Shown: positions 1 to 9,518 of the stretch, in pieces
How the letters are laid out: each line of letters begins with the position of its first letter
Numbering within the stretch: the first letter of the stretch is position 1
Assembly (NCBI GenBank): GCA_049325335.1
Contig: JBMOMC010000040.1
Coordinates: forward strand, 1-64,000
DNA from: Nitrospirota bacterium
GTDB lineage: Bacteria > Nitrospirota > Nitrospiria > 2-01-FULL-66-17
Reading direction: 5' to 3'
DNA: 64,000 nucleotides
Program-made: the position numbers and the translations under genes
Notes under the pieces: model-generated
What the model was told of the DNA's origin: nothing
Seen by the model: the letters and a program-made list of their open reading frames with translations, nothing else
Databases searched by the model: none

Positions 1-124
1 GGGCCTTGCCCCAGTTGCGGGCCGCCTTGCTCCGGCGAGCGGCCTCGGCCACCGAGACCACCGTGCACGCAGCATAGGGATCACACAGGAGCCGCGATCG
101 AATCTCAACTAAAAATGGGATTGA

Positions 125-727
125 CTCCGTCTGGACCCTAACCGGGCAGACTCCCACTATCGCCTAGGTGCTGTACTGGTCTCTAAGCAGGATTTCGAAG
201 GAGCGACGAAAGAGTTCGAAGAGTTTAAGCGTCTAGCTCCTGACACACCTGTTAATCATCAAAAACTCGAAAGGGTAAAGAAACTCCTTGATGGCCTGAA
301 CATGCCCTATGACAAAACATTCGACGATATTGACGGCACATGGGAAGGTGCACTATCAGCAGTCCTACGCCCTGATACAGTCCATGAAGATTCCAGCCAT
401 GCAGAGTGGAGGGTGGCAATAAATGGTGAGCCGGTGGCGTTGTACACGAAGGATCTGAAAACTAATCAATGGCGTGATCGGTCAGATTCGTTAAGGACGT
501 TCCGGTTCCAGAAGGACCATGCAACAATTGTCGGTTCCTTTCTTCAGAATGGTCGTGACCAAGATGGCCCATGGGTGGAGTATCAGTCTCTCATTCTGAC
601 CAGGAAGGACAGGAATACCTTGCTGGTTTATCACCTTCGCGTCGTTAACAACGTTGCACAATCTCTCGAAAACCCCCAGAGCAAATGGGGGTACCTTTTA
701 GTTGGAGAGCTAAAAAAGACGCCTTGA
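125..727 (+). pseudogene. 5'-truncated TPR-containing protein fragment (first ATG at 302)
   Basis: The frame of ORF 302-727 stays open back to a TGA at 122-124 and reads LRLDPNRADSHYRLGAVLVSKQDFEGATKEFEEFKRLAP, a TPR-like repeat with no start codon. GC is lower than in the core genes. Confidence 0.5.
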
Positions 728-827
728 AATTTCCGCAGTAGCAGCGCAGTAGCAGGACGGTAAATAGTGACCACGTTCAATAACTGAGCAGGCCAGAGGG
801 TCAAATCTTTAATCTTTAGGCGAGCGC

Positions 828-876
828 TTGACAGCGAAAGAGTTTCAGCCGTATTCTTCAAATAAGTTTGTACGGC
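828..876 (+). promoter_or_regulatory. sigma70-like promoter with inverted-repeat operator for the TA operon
   Basis: TTGACA (828-833), 18 bp spacer, TATTCT (852-857); inverted repeat GCCGTA (848-853)...TACGGC (871-876) overlaps the -10 element. Confidence 0.55.
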
Positions 877-880
877 ATTT

Positions 881-1135
881 ATGCACACTAAACTGACGCT
901 TCGCCTCGACGACGAGTTGATTCAGAAGGCCAAGGCCTGGGCCAAGGCCCACCGGGTATCGCTGTCCAAGGCGGTCGCGGAATTGTTGGCCCGTTTGCCG
1001 GGGAAAGAGGAGGAACGCACCCTCAGCCCGTGGACTCGGCGTTTAGCGGGAACCGTTTCGCGCAAGCGGCGGGGGCTGGACGACCAGGCGATTCGGCGCA
1101 GCTATCGTGGGTTTCTCATCAAGAAGCATCAGTGA
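881..1135 (+). CDS. Antitoxin, ribbon-helix-helix type (DUF6364-like)
   Basis: N-terminus TKLTLRLDDELIQKAKAWA..SLSKAV; stop overlaps the PIN gene start (GTGA). Confidence 0.8.
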   Translation: MHTKLTLRLDDELIQKAKAWAKAHRVSLSKAVAELLARLPGKEEERTLSPWTRRLAGTVSRKRRGLDDQAIRRSYRGFLIKKHQ

Positions 1136-1539
1136 AGCGGGTCCTCTATGACCTCAATGTGGTGCTCGATGTTCTGCTGAGGCGCGATCCGCATTTCCCT
1201 GCATCCTCCGTGGCGCTGGACGCCGTTGGTCAGGGGCGTGTCCGGGGATATCTCGCTGCACATGCGGTCACGACGCTCGCGTACTTTCTCGAAAAGGAAC
1301 TCTCCGCGACCAAGAGCCGGCGAGTGTTGTCCGAATTACTGTCCAAGGTCCAGGTTGCTGCTCTCACTGATGCGGCGATCCATCGGGCGCTGGCGCTGGG
1401 ATTTCACGATTTTGAAGACGCTGTCACGGCGGCCTGCGCCGAAGAGGCCGGCGTCTCGGTGATTGTCACCCGCAATGTCGGAGATTTTCGAAAGAGTCCG
1501 ATTCCAGCGGTTCTTCCCTCGTTGTTTGTCGCCGACTGA
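1132..1539 (+). CDS. PIN-domain toxin (VapC-like)
   Basis: GTG start at 1132; motifs DLNVVLD, DFEDA and IVTRNVGDF. Confidence 0.85.
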   Translation: MKRVLYDLNVVLDVLLRRDPHFPASSVALDAVGQGRVRGYLAAHAVTTLAYFLEKELSATKSRRVLSELLSKVQVAALTDAAIHRALALGFHDFEDAVTAACAEEAGVSVIVTRNVGDFRKSPIPAVLPSLFVAD

Positions 1540-1544
1540 CCTGT

Positions 1545-1573
1545 CTGGATTCCCGCGTGCGCGGGAATAACGG
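1545..1573. repeat. CTGGATTCCCGC...GCGGGAAT hairpin repeat (related copy near 35624-35653)
   Basis: ctggattcccgcgtgcgcgggaataacgg lies between convergent genes; similar ctggattcttgcctttcggggaatgacgg follows the last cassette. Confidence 0.55.
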
Positions 1574-1606
1574 ATCGAATCCGATCGCTCGCGCGTGGAA
1601 GCAGCC

Positions 1607-4399
1607 TTATATAGTGAGGCGTTTGTAGATCTTGGGCAGCCGTTCCGGTAGGGCCCGCACGTCGTGGATGATGGTGTACTGGACGTCGCCGTAGAGTCGT
1701 TGGATGTAGGCGTCCGCGCGGTCGTCGACCGTGACGCAGAAGGGATGGATGCCGAGGGCGCGGGCTTCGCGCAGCGCGGCGCGCGTGTCTTCCAGGGCGT
1801 AGTCGGCGGCATAGTCGTCGTCCAGCGGGCGACCGTCGGAGAGCAGGATCAGGAGTTTGATGGCCGCGTCACGGGCGCGCAGGTGGTGGCACGCGTGGCG
1901 GATCGCGGCGCCGTCGCGGTTTTGGCCGGATGGGGTGAGGCCGCTGATGCGGGCGAGCGTGCTGGCGCCGAAGGGCTCGTCAAAGGCTTTGACCACGCGG
2001 CAATCCACCGCGTGTCGGCCGTGGCCTGAAAACGCGTAGAGCGCGAACTGGTCGCCCAATGCGTCGAGGGCGGCTCCGACCAGGGCGAGGCTTTCGCGCT
2101 CCACGTCGATCACGCGCCGCACCCGACCGCTGCCCGCGAGCTGGCGGCCGGTTGAGCCGCTGGTGTCGATGAGCAAGGCCACGGCCACGTCGCGCGTGCG
2201 TTTTTCCCGCCGCACGTAGAGCCGGTCGTCCGGCGTGACGCGGGCGCGGCGTTCCACCAAGGCGGCCACGGCCGCGTCGAGGTCGATGTCGTCGCCGTCG
2301 GGCTGGCGCATAGTTTTCCGGAATGCTTCGGGCCGCATGACCGCAAAGTAGCGTCGCAGCGATGCCTCGATACCTCGGGTGTCCGCGAGCAGGGCCTCGA
2401 TGTCCTCGGGCGCGGCCTCGCGGGCGCGTTGCTCGTCCACCCGGCACCACCTCGGTTTGAACTCGTCGGCCAGGTGGTCCCACTCGGGGTACCAGGACCC
2501 GCTATGGTCAGGCGTGGCCGCCACGGTGGTCTCGTCGCCTTCCGAGAGTTTGCGCGTTGCGGCCGGCGTGTCCGCGCGGTCACCGAGTTCGGTGCGATCG
2601 GGCGGGCGCGGGGCGTGTTGGTCAGGCCGTCCGCCGTGCTGACCCATGCGGACTTGCGGGGCTTGCAGCGCGTCGCGGAACGCGAACGATCCGATGGGCG
2701 CGTGGCCCATGGCCAGTTGATCGAACTCAGAAGGGGGTTCGGCCGGCGGCGGGGACTCCGATGAGACGGGCACGGGCTCGTCCATGTTTTCGGCCGCCAA
2801 GGGATAGAGATCCACCACCGCGCGGAGCACGTCAACAACCGTGGCCTCCGGCGTTCTGAGCCGTTTAATCACGTCGTACCCGTGCGTGACCGGATCTAAT
2901 ACCGGAAACGGCACGTCCGCGACGTCGGCCACGGAGAGCTGTAGCCACGATTCGAGAATGGCGGCGCGGCGGGGGAGGGTGTCGATCTTCGGCCGCATGC
3001 GCAACTGCTCGCCCAGCACCCGGTCCATGTCCGTGCGTAGGCCGGGGTAGTGGTGGCGGATCAGAAAATCCACCCGCGCTTCTTCCGCGATGGTCCATAG
3101 GTTCTGTGCGAGGCCGGGGTCGGGGAACCGCCCGAGCAACGTCGAGGAGTCGGTTTGAGCCGGGGCCGAACCGTCCGCGCCGAACCAGGCCGCGATCTCG
3201 GCGGGCACGGGCTCGTACGTGCCGAACTCCAGGTGCGCGGCCTCGTGGAACGTCAGGACACGATAGAAGCGCAGGTTGTCTTCGGCCGTGGCGTAGACCG
3301 TGATTTTGTCGGGCAGGGTGATGACGCCGCCGCGTTCGGTCAGGCTGCTGGATGCGCCAGGGCCGGACTTGATTTCGACCGCGCGGCCGCAGAGCGCCTC
3401 GGCCACGTAGGTGAGCGCGCTCCGAATGTCGCGAAGGAACACGCCGTGTGACAGGCGCTGCGCGACCTCGGTGGCTTGCTTGGAGCGCAACGCAAAGTAG
3501 GCTTCCGCGCGTTCCCGGTGCGTGTCGGCGATGGCGAGTCCCTCCGCCACCCATTCGTCGAAGCGGGTCACTGAACCTTCCACCAGAGCGACCACTTCTG
3601 GCGCGTGGCGCAGAAACGTTTCCACCAGGGTCGGCGCGCGCTCGGCCACGCGTGCGCCGGACGCGAGTAGCGCGTGGCGGGTTTCGTGCGACGGCATGGC
3701 GCCGAGTAGTGTGTGCGCGTATTGCAGTACGTCCAGCGCCACCTGCCCGGGCCGACGCGTGGCGCCGGACGGAAACGTGGCGGCGGCCACATGGCATGTG
3801 AGCGCCAACACCGGCGGACGCAGCGCGGGGTCGGACACCGCCCTGAGCCAGTCCGCGCTGGACCGGAAATATTTCAGCGCCAGAAAATCTTTGACCGTGC
3901 GGTCTTCGCGCGAGAGCAGGACGCCGACCTCGCCCCAGAGCGCGAACGACGCGGTGGGCAGCACGCCAGCAAGAGAGGCGCTCTCTTTGACGTATTCGAT
4001 CGCCGCGTCGTAATCCTGAGCCGCGATGCCCGCGGCGATCCGTCCCCACTGCTCGGTCGTCGCGTCGTCGAAGCGTTCTGCCAGCGGCGCGGCCTGTCGC
4101 AGAAATTCCAACGCCAGGTTGGGTTGATCGCGCGCGAGCTCTCTTGCTACCCGCACCACCAGGTTCCGGCGTTCAGTCGGCACTCGCGTCAGCAGCTCCG
4201 GGCTTTCGCGAAACATTTTCACCGCGGCCACTGCCGAGCCGATGGCGACTGCGCAGCCAAGGTCAACCCAGACCTCGAAGTCGTGTGCCGCAAGTAACGG
4301 TTCGACCGCCGACGCGACGTCGTCGAACACCGACGCGGCTCGTGACGACACGGTGCTGATCCGTTCACGCAGCCGGGCGTGGTCCAAGGGGTTAGTCAT
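1607..4399 (-). CDS. NorD/CbbO-type VWA-domain adaptor protein
   Basis: YPEWD motif, DGDDIDLDAAV, MIDAS DTSGST, NRDGAAIRHA, LSDGRPLDDDY and the C-terminal LPERLPKIYKRLT. Confidence 0.85.
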   Translation of the reverse strand: MTNPLDHARLRERISTVSSRAASVFDDVASAVEPLLAAHDFEVWVDLGCAVAIGSAVAAVKMFRESPELLTRVPTERRNLVVRVARELARDQPNLALEFLRQAAPLAERFDDATTEQWGRIAAGIAAQDYDAAIEYVKESASLAGVLPTASFALWGEVGVLLSREDRTVKDFLALKYFRSSADWLRAVSDPALRPPVLALTCHVAAATFPSGATRRPGQVALDVLQYAHTLLGAMPSHETRHALLASGARVAERAPTLVETFLRHAPEVVALVEGSVTRFDEWVAEGLAIADTHRERAEAYFALRSKQATEVAQRLSHGVFLRDIRSALTYVAEALCGRAVEIKSGPGASSSLTERGGVITLPDKITVYATAEDNLRFYRVLTFHEAAHLEFGTYEPVPAEIAAWFGADGSAPAQTDSSTLLGRFPDPGLAQNLWTIAEEARVDFLIRHHYPGLRTDMDRVLGEQLRMRPKIDTLPRRAAILESWLQLSVADVADVPFPVLDPVTHGYDVIKRLRTPEATVVDVLRAVVDLYPLAAENMDEPVPVSSESPPPAEPPSEFDQLAMGHAPIGSFAFRDALQAPQVRMGQHGGRPDQHAPRPPDRTELGDRADTPAATRKLSEGDETTVAATPDHSGSWYPEWDHLADEFKPRWCRVDEQRAREAAPEDIEALLADTRGIEASLRRYFAVMRPEAFRKTMRQPDGDDIDLDAAVAALVERRARVTPDDRLYVRREKRTRDVAVALLIDTSGSTGRQLAGSGRVRRVIDVERESLALVGAALDALGDQFALYAFSGHGRHAVDCRVVKAFDEPFGASTLARISGLTPSGQNRDGAAIRHACHHLRARDAAIKLLILLSDGRPLDDDYAADYALEDTRAALREARALGIHPFCVTVDDRADAYIQRLYGDVQYTIIHDVRALPERLPKIYKRLTI

Positions 4400-5987
4400 G
4401 GTTCAGTGGTGTGATCGGGAGAGTGTCTGATCCCGAAATTTTATACACGGCCATCGCCACGCGGCCATCCGACAGACGATACGACGACATCAAATCAAGC
4501 CCTGCTGGCAAGCGGGTCGCATCCAACACGGCAGTGATCTCCGAGCGGAGGTTCCCGTCAACCCGGCGATCAACCACCACGTAACCGACCGACTGTTGCC
4601 GAGCCGTCGCGAACAGCTCGGTGAGCGTCAACGGCGTGATGTGCCAGACGGCATCCGCGAAATAGGGCACCGCAGGCCTCCGCGCCATCACCACCAGCGG
4701 CGGGGGAAGGTGGGTTTTCATCCACTGTCCGACCGCCTTCTGGCGCGAGGGTTCAGCGGCTTTCCACGCCGGGTAGAACCTCAAGCCGGGGACCGACAAC
4801 ATGAACAATAGGGAGGCGCTGATCATCGCGACAACCGACAGCGTGATGATCACGGCACGCGCACGCGCCGCCACCGCGGCCAAATGCACCACCCCGCCCG
4901 ACGCGAGGATCAGCACGAGAGGAATTGCGGGAGAGACATATCGCACGCGTTCAAACAGGTACGGGACCGATCCGATAAGAACCGGCGTAGCAACAATTGC
5001 GGCAACGGCCGCTCCCAGGAGTACGCGCCCTGATCGCGGCGGCGGAGCCCCCGTCCGCCACGGGAGAAATGCGATGAGCGCAAACAGCAGACTCGCCGAG
5101 TTCGCGAGTGTAAACGCGTGTGCATAGTCCCCCAGGTTTTGATCGACCTTGGCCCCGAAGTCTGGAGGTGCATTGGTCCCGCCGGATTCCTCCCACACAA
5201 GGGGATCCGTGGATCCCGTGTAACGGAGGGTGTCTGCGACCGATCCGTACGTCCCTCCGATCGACCAATAGCCGAGCTGGGTTCGTAGATACGAGACGTA
5301 GGGCAGCGCGATGAGCGCAAACCCGAGGCACAACGCCGCCGCGCGCGTCATGATATCTCGGAACGGTGTGCCGATGCGGAGGTAAAACAGGACCACAAAT
5401 CCGGCGAGGAAGATAAACAAGGGGAGTCCCGCGACCCGGGTCAGATACGCCAGCCCGCACACCAGCCCACCCACCATCAGCCACCACACTGATCCGGCTT
5501 CGGTGGCGCAGAACAGAATGGCGACGGCTGAGACCGCGAGCAGAATAAAGAGGGGCTCGGTGAGGGCGTGGGTTGACCAGTGAACGAGTAGGGGGTTGGT
5601 GGCGGACAACAGGACGGCAATCCACGCGGCAGTTGGTCCGAACACGCGTCGCGTCAGCCACCACACCGGAATGATGGTTGCCGACCCTGCGAGCGCAGAG
5701 ACCATCACCCCCGCGCGTTCGATGGTGCCGACCAGCGGAGTCAGCAGCGCGGTGGCCAGAGGGTACAGGGGCGGGTAGTACGTGTTGATCCCCTCGCGAA
5801 ACGTCGTGGTGAGATGTCCCTGACCCATCGCTCGACTCGTTGCGAGGTACGTAAACGAGTCCGGGAAGGTCGGCTCAGGTTCGGCGAGGGCCAACCGACC
5901 GGCAAACGCCGCCAGACACGCGAGCACGACCCACACCAATTCGACTGGTCGGCGCGTTGGAACGGAGGGGATGGGATCAGGTGCCAT
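4392..5987 (-). CDS. ArnT/PMT-like (GT-C fold) membrane glycosyltransferase
   Basis: PDSFTY..YYPPLYP, many transmembrane segments, LTEPLF, LAYLTR; overlaps the VWA gene start. Confidence 0.75.
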   Translation of the reverse strand: MAPDPIPSVPTRRPVELVWVVLACLAAFAGRLALAEPEPTFPDSFTYLATSRAMGQGHLTTTFREGINTYYPPLYPLATALLTPLVGTIERAGVMVSALAGSATIIPVWWLTRRVFGPTAAWIAVLLSATNPLLVHWSTHALTEPLFILLAVSAVAILFCATEAGSVWWLMVGGLVCGLAYLTRVAGLPLFIFLAGFVVLFYLRIGTPFRDIMTRAAALCLGFALIALPYVSYLRTQLGYWSIGGTYGSVADTLRYTGSTDPLVWEESGGTNAPPDFGAKVDQNLGDYAHAFTLANSASLLFALIAFLPWRTGAPPPRSGRVLLGAAVAAIVATPVLIGSVPYLFERVRYVSPAIPLVLILASGGVVHLAAVAARARAVIITLSVVAMISASLLFMLSVPGLRFYPAWKAAEPSRQKAVGQWMKTHLPPPLVVMARRPAVPYFADAVWHITPLTLTELFATARQQSVGYVVVDRRVDGNLRSEITAVLDATRLPAGLDLMSSYRLSDGRVAMAVYKISGSDTLPITPLNHD

Positions 5988-5999
5988 GCGGTCGGTGTC

Positions 6000-6425
6000 C
6001 TACGAGAACACCCGTCGTCTTGTGAAGATGTAGACTGAAATTAGGGTCAGCGACACGATAAAAATGATCCGAATGCGGCCGAACCCGATGGTCGCCAGGT
6101 TCACCAGCGCGCTGGACAGGCCGAACGCGGCGTACGCCATGTACAACCAGTACCCCCACCGTCGGCGCCGCAGAAACCCATATCCCAAGACCCCGTGCAG
6201 GATCGGCGACTGGATTTTGGCGAGCCACCCCCACGCGCCGCTGAACGTGGCTCCGAAGAGTGGCAATGCGTAGCCGGGATTCTTCACGATTAACCAGGTG
6301 TCCATGACCACGTTGAGCATGAAGATGACGCCGATGAAATAGATGTCATAGGGCGTTGATGTGGTGGTCGCCACAGGGGGGGATTCCTGAGAAGCGGAGG
6401 ACACGGGATCAAGCGGTGCATGCAT
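6000..6425 (-). CDS. Small multi-pass membrane protein (start uncertain)
   Basis: About four hydrophobic segments; co-oriented and tightly packed with its neighbours. Confidence 0.6.
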   Translation of the reverse strand: MHAPLDPVSSASQESPPVATTTSTPYDIYFIGVIFMLNVVMDTWLIVKNPGYALPLFGATFSGAWGWLAKIQSPILHGVLGYGFLRRRRWGYWLYMAYAAFGLSSALVNLATIGFGRIRIIFIVSLTLISVYIFTRRRVFS

Positions 6426-6499
6426 CACAAGGCCGTGGAGGGCGCCGCTATTGTATGGATATCGTGCGGTGAAGACAACCCACCGGACGCGCGTCGGGA

Positions 6500-8149
6500 C
6501 TATGGGAGAACGGGTAAGTCCGTTATCAGTGGCGGGGGGTGTGGGAGCGGAGTGAAGCTCGGGAACTCGGGCCACGCAATATCGAAGGTTACGGAACTGG
6601 TTGATTCCGGAGCCGGATGATCGCAGTTCAAGCAGGACAAGAGGTATCCTTCGACGAACTGTTCAAGTAAAAAATTGAATCCGGTTTCGTGGCCGACGCC
6701 GGATTCTCGGCAAACCTCGTCGCACGGCAGATCGGCGAAGAACTCGAACTCGTTGTCGAAGTTTAGGATGAACGTCCCGTCGGGGTTGACACCCGCAATG
6801 GCCTTGCCCCAGAACGGGTCAACCGTCGGATTGGTGAACCCGTCGCAGGCAGGGTCTGGAAGCGGCGGCACGCATTCAGAAATGGGAACCGCGTGGTCCT
6901 GGGTGAAGCCACGACGTCGGGCCTCGGTGGTGTGCTGAATCAGAAAATTGTAGGGGTACGTGTGGGTGCCGGTGTCGCTCTGGGCCAACCGCCATTCGTT
7001 GTGGTAGATGGCAGACCGAATGTCGTCCGTATCCGGCGCGGAAATAAAATTGTACGTCACCAAAAAACTCTGCGCGAAGTCCTGTTCGGGGGTGTTGGTT
7101 GTGACGTACTTGACCACCCGTTGGTCGATCCACGAGTCTCGGAGCGCGGATGGATCCGTGATCGGGTCGAGTCCTCCCCCTGGGCGGAGTCTGGAGTCGA
7201 GTTGGTTGTGGAGTGCGTCAAAAGAGCCTGGGCTCGGCGCCGTGACGGGAAAAGACGCGAAAAACCACAGGCAATTGTCGAGGGCGCGCTGCGCCCGGTC
7301 AGGGTTGATCGCGAGGAGACTGGTAAACTCAGGCCGGTCGGGGTCACAGCGTCCGAACACGGCGGGGTCGTCGTCGGCGTCATCCGGGGTAGAACCCGTC
7401 AGATCAGGAGGCGCGACCACGGCGTTGTGACACGCCGGATTTGCGATGTCGCCGTCGCACCCGGCATCCGGGTCCAGCGCCGCGTCTCCGAGCGCCAGGC
7501 GCGCGCGCATACGTGAAATCCCCGGGGGCGAGACATTGCCTTGAACCAAACTCAGGTGCGATAAGTCCCTCAAGACAGAGGTGATGCCCCAAGCAAACTG
7601 CTCGGCTCGTGTGCGGTCGACCTCGCCGTTCTCCCGAATGCCGTTGAAGTTCGAGTCGATCCAGGTGTTGTCCCACACACCATCCCCGTTTTCGTCCAAA
7701 TGGGAGATCACGTCGCCGCGAAGCAGGTTGCCGCACCATGGTCGATTGCACGACGCGGGAATCCAACTCGCGCCGACATGGGTGTTGATCACGTCGGCCA
7801 AATCGCCGGACGTAATGGGGGTGGCGCTCCCATCGAGTTCGATGCGGTTAGTTCCAGCAGGCAGGGTGGCTTCGGTGGCATCGCTCCACCGTGAGCCTTG
7901 GTAGTAACCGTCGGCCCAATCCAACAAGGCTTGGCTGCCGCGCAGCGAGCAGTTGCCGATGGCGCCGGTTCCCGCGGGACCGGGAACGCCGGTACAGGTT
8001 CCCGGTGGAGTGGCAAGCAAGGTGCCGGATACGCCTTGTGCACCCGACTCATTCACCGTGAAGAAATTCCCCGCGTACGAAGGTAGGCACCAACTACTAA
8101 TGACAAGTGGCGCGACGGAGAGTCCTCGTCGGAGTCTTCGGAATCTCAA
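6500..8149 (-). CDS. Secreted Cys-paired, Asp/Pro-rich protein of unknown function
   Basis: Signal peptide-like N-terminus ending SYA, 14 mature Cys in 7 local pairs, DENGDG and DSNFNG Ca-loop-like motifs; AGAGGGG RBS upstream of the TTG. Confidence 0.7.
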   Translation of the reverse strand: MRFRRLRRGLSVAPLVISSWCLPSYAGNFFTVNESGAQGVSGTLLATPPGTCTGVPGPAGTGAIGNCSLRGSQALLDWADGYYQGSRWSDATEATLPAGTNRIELDGSATPITSGDLADVINTHVGASWIPASCNRPWCGNLLRGDVISHLDENGDGVWDNTWIDSNFNGIRENGEVDRTRAEQFAWGITSVLRDLSHLSLVQGNVSPPGISRMRARLALGDAALDPDAGCDGDIANPACHNAVVAPPDLTGSTPDDADDDPAVFGRCDPDRPEFTSLLAINPDRAQRALDNCLWFFASFPVTAPSPGSFDALHNQLDSRLRPGGGLDPITDPSALRDSWIDQRVVKYVTTNTPEQDFAQSFLVTYNFISAPDTDDIRSAIYHNEWRLAQSDTGTHTYPYNFLIQHTTEARRRGFTQDHAVPISECVPPLPDPACDGFTNPTVDPFWGKAIAGVNPDGTFILNFDNEFEFFADLPCDEVCRESGVGHETGFNFLLEQFVEGYLLSCLNCDHPAPESTSSVTFDIAWPEFPSFTPLPHPPPLITDLPVLP

Positions 8150-8242
8150 GAGTGGTGTAACCCCTCTGGGAGAGCATCAGCGGATCAATTGCCTGAGATC
8201 GAGTCCGTGCTCTCAGATATACTGATACACTCCGAAATAGAC

Positions 8243-8257
8243 GCAATATGCGTGCCG
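8243..8257 (-). promoter_or_regulatory. sigma54 -24/-12 promoter
   Basis: Minus strand reads CGGCACG-CATA-TTGC, matching TGGCACG-N4-TTGC, about 95 bp upstream of the 8149 start. Confidence 0.65.
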
Positions 8258-8555
8258 AATAAATAGTCAACACGAGTCCTGGAAGACCTCAGTAAAGATA
8301 TTGCGTGGAGTAAATCAGTCAGCGGACAATCGTGGGGTGAAGACAATTGGGAACATTTGTCGTGAAAAAAGGCTGCACGTGGGGAGGATTTGACATGGGG
8401 GGGCAGTTCGTGCTGGCGATGAGTGACTGCTATCTAGACAAGGCGTTGATCCACTTACGACAGCGTTGTAAGCCAACGGTAAGCCGTGGTGAAGGGCGTG
8501 TCTGCGTATTTATCCGCGTGGGCAAGTCCGACGGTTTGAACGAACGCTGTCGGCG

Positions 8556-9371
8556 TTACGATGAAACGAAGACGGTCGACGCCAACTCCGCGATCGCGCG
8601 TTGCATGTCGCGGTCGTCCGTGATCGGCTGCGCGATCGCCACTTGGCAGGCCTCGGCGGGCGCGACGCCGTCGCGGATCAACGCGGCCGCGTAGACCAGC
8701 AGTCGCGTGCTCACGCCCTCGTCCAACCCGTGGTGTTTGAGATTGCGGACCTTGGCCGCGAGTTTGACCAATGACACGGCCGTGGCTTCGCCCACGCCGC
8801 CCTCGTGCTGTACGATATGGCGTTCCGTCTCAGCGGGCGGGTAGTCAAATTCCAGCGCCAAGAAACGTTGCTTGGTGCTCGGTTTGAGTTCCTTGATCAG
8901 GCTCTGATACCCCGGGTTGTACGAGATCACGAGCAGGAAGTCGTCGTGCGCGCGAACCACCTCGCCTTTTTTTTCCACCGACAGGATACGCCGCGCGTCG
9001 CACAGCGGATGGATGACCACGGTCGTGTCTTTGCGCGCTTCGACCACCTCGTCGAGATAACAGATGGCGCCGTGACGGACCGCCAGCGACAACGGCCCGT
9101 CCGCCCACACCGTGTCGTTGCCCTGGAGCAGATACCGACCGACCAAATCCGACGCGGTGAGGTCTTCATGGCAGGCCACCGTGATCAACGGCCGCTTGAG
9201 GCGGTAGGCCATATGTTCAACGAATCGTGTTTTGCCGCAGCCGGTGGGGCCTTTGAGCATCACCGGCGTGCGTGAACGCGCGGCCAGTTCGAACAAACGG
9301 ACTTCGTCGTGCACCGGCACGTAGAAGGGTTCCTTGGCGATGCGGTAGTGATCAATGGATGCCTGCGTCAT
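8556..9371 (-). CDS. CbbQ/NirQ/NorQ family AAA+ ATPase
   Basis: [58 protein letters not shown]. Confidence 0.92.
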   Translation of the reverse strand: MTQASIDHYRIAKEPFYVPVHDEVRLFELAARSRTPVMLKGPTGCGKTRFVEHMAYRLKRPLITVACHEDLTASDLVGRYLLQGNDTVWADGPLSLAVRHGAICYLDEVVEARKDTTVVIHPLCDARRILSVEKKGEVVRAHDDFLLVISYNPGYQSLIKELKPSTKQRFLALEFDYPPAETERHIVQHEGGVGEATAVSLVKLAAKVRNLKHHGLDEGVSTRLLVYAAALIRDGVAPAEACQVAIAQPITDDRDMQRAIAELASTVFVSS

Positions 9372-9518
9372 GACGTGTCTCGCCCTCTTGGTCCGTGCAT
9401 TGTAACGAGTCATCATGGGCGGCGCAACGGCCGGGTCCGCCGCCCCGAGGCATGGTGCGAAGTCGCGGAGTCCTCTATAATGTCGGCATCATCAACCGAG
9501 GCGTCCAGGGAGGACAAT

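Noticed and set aside
6615..6640. CLNCDH in the 549-aa protein as a heme c site
   Set aside because: It is CxxCxH rather than CxxCH, and the other cysteines form pairs that suggest disulfides.
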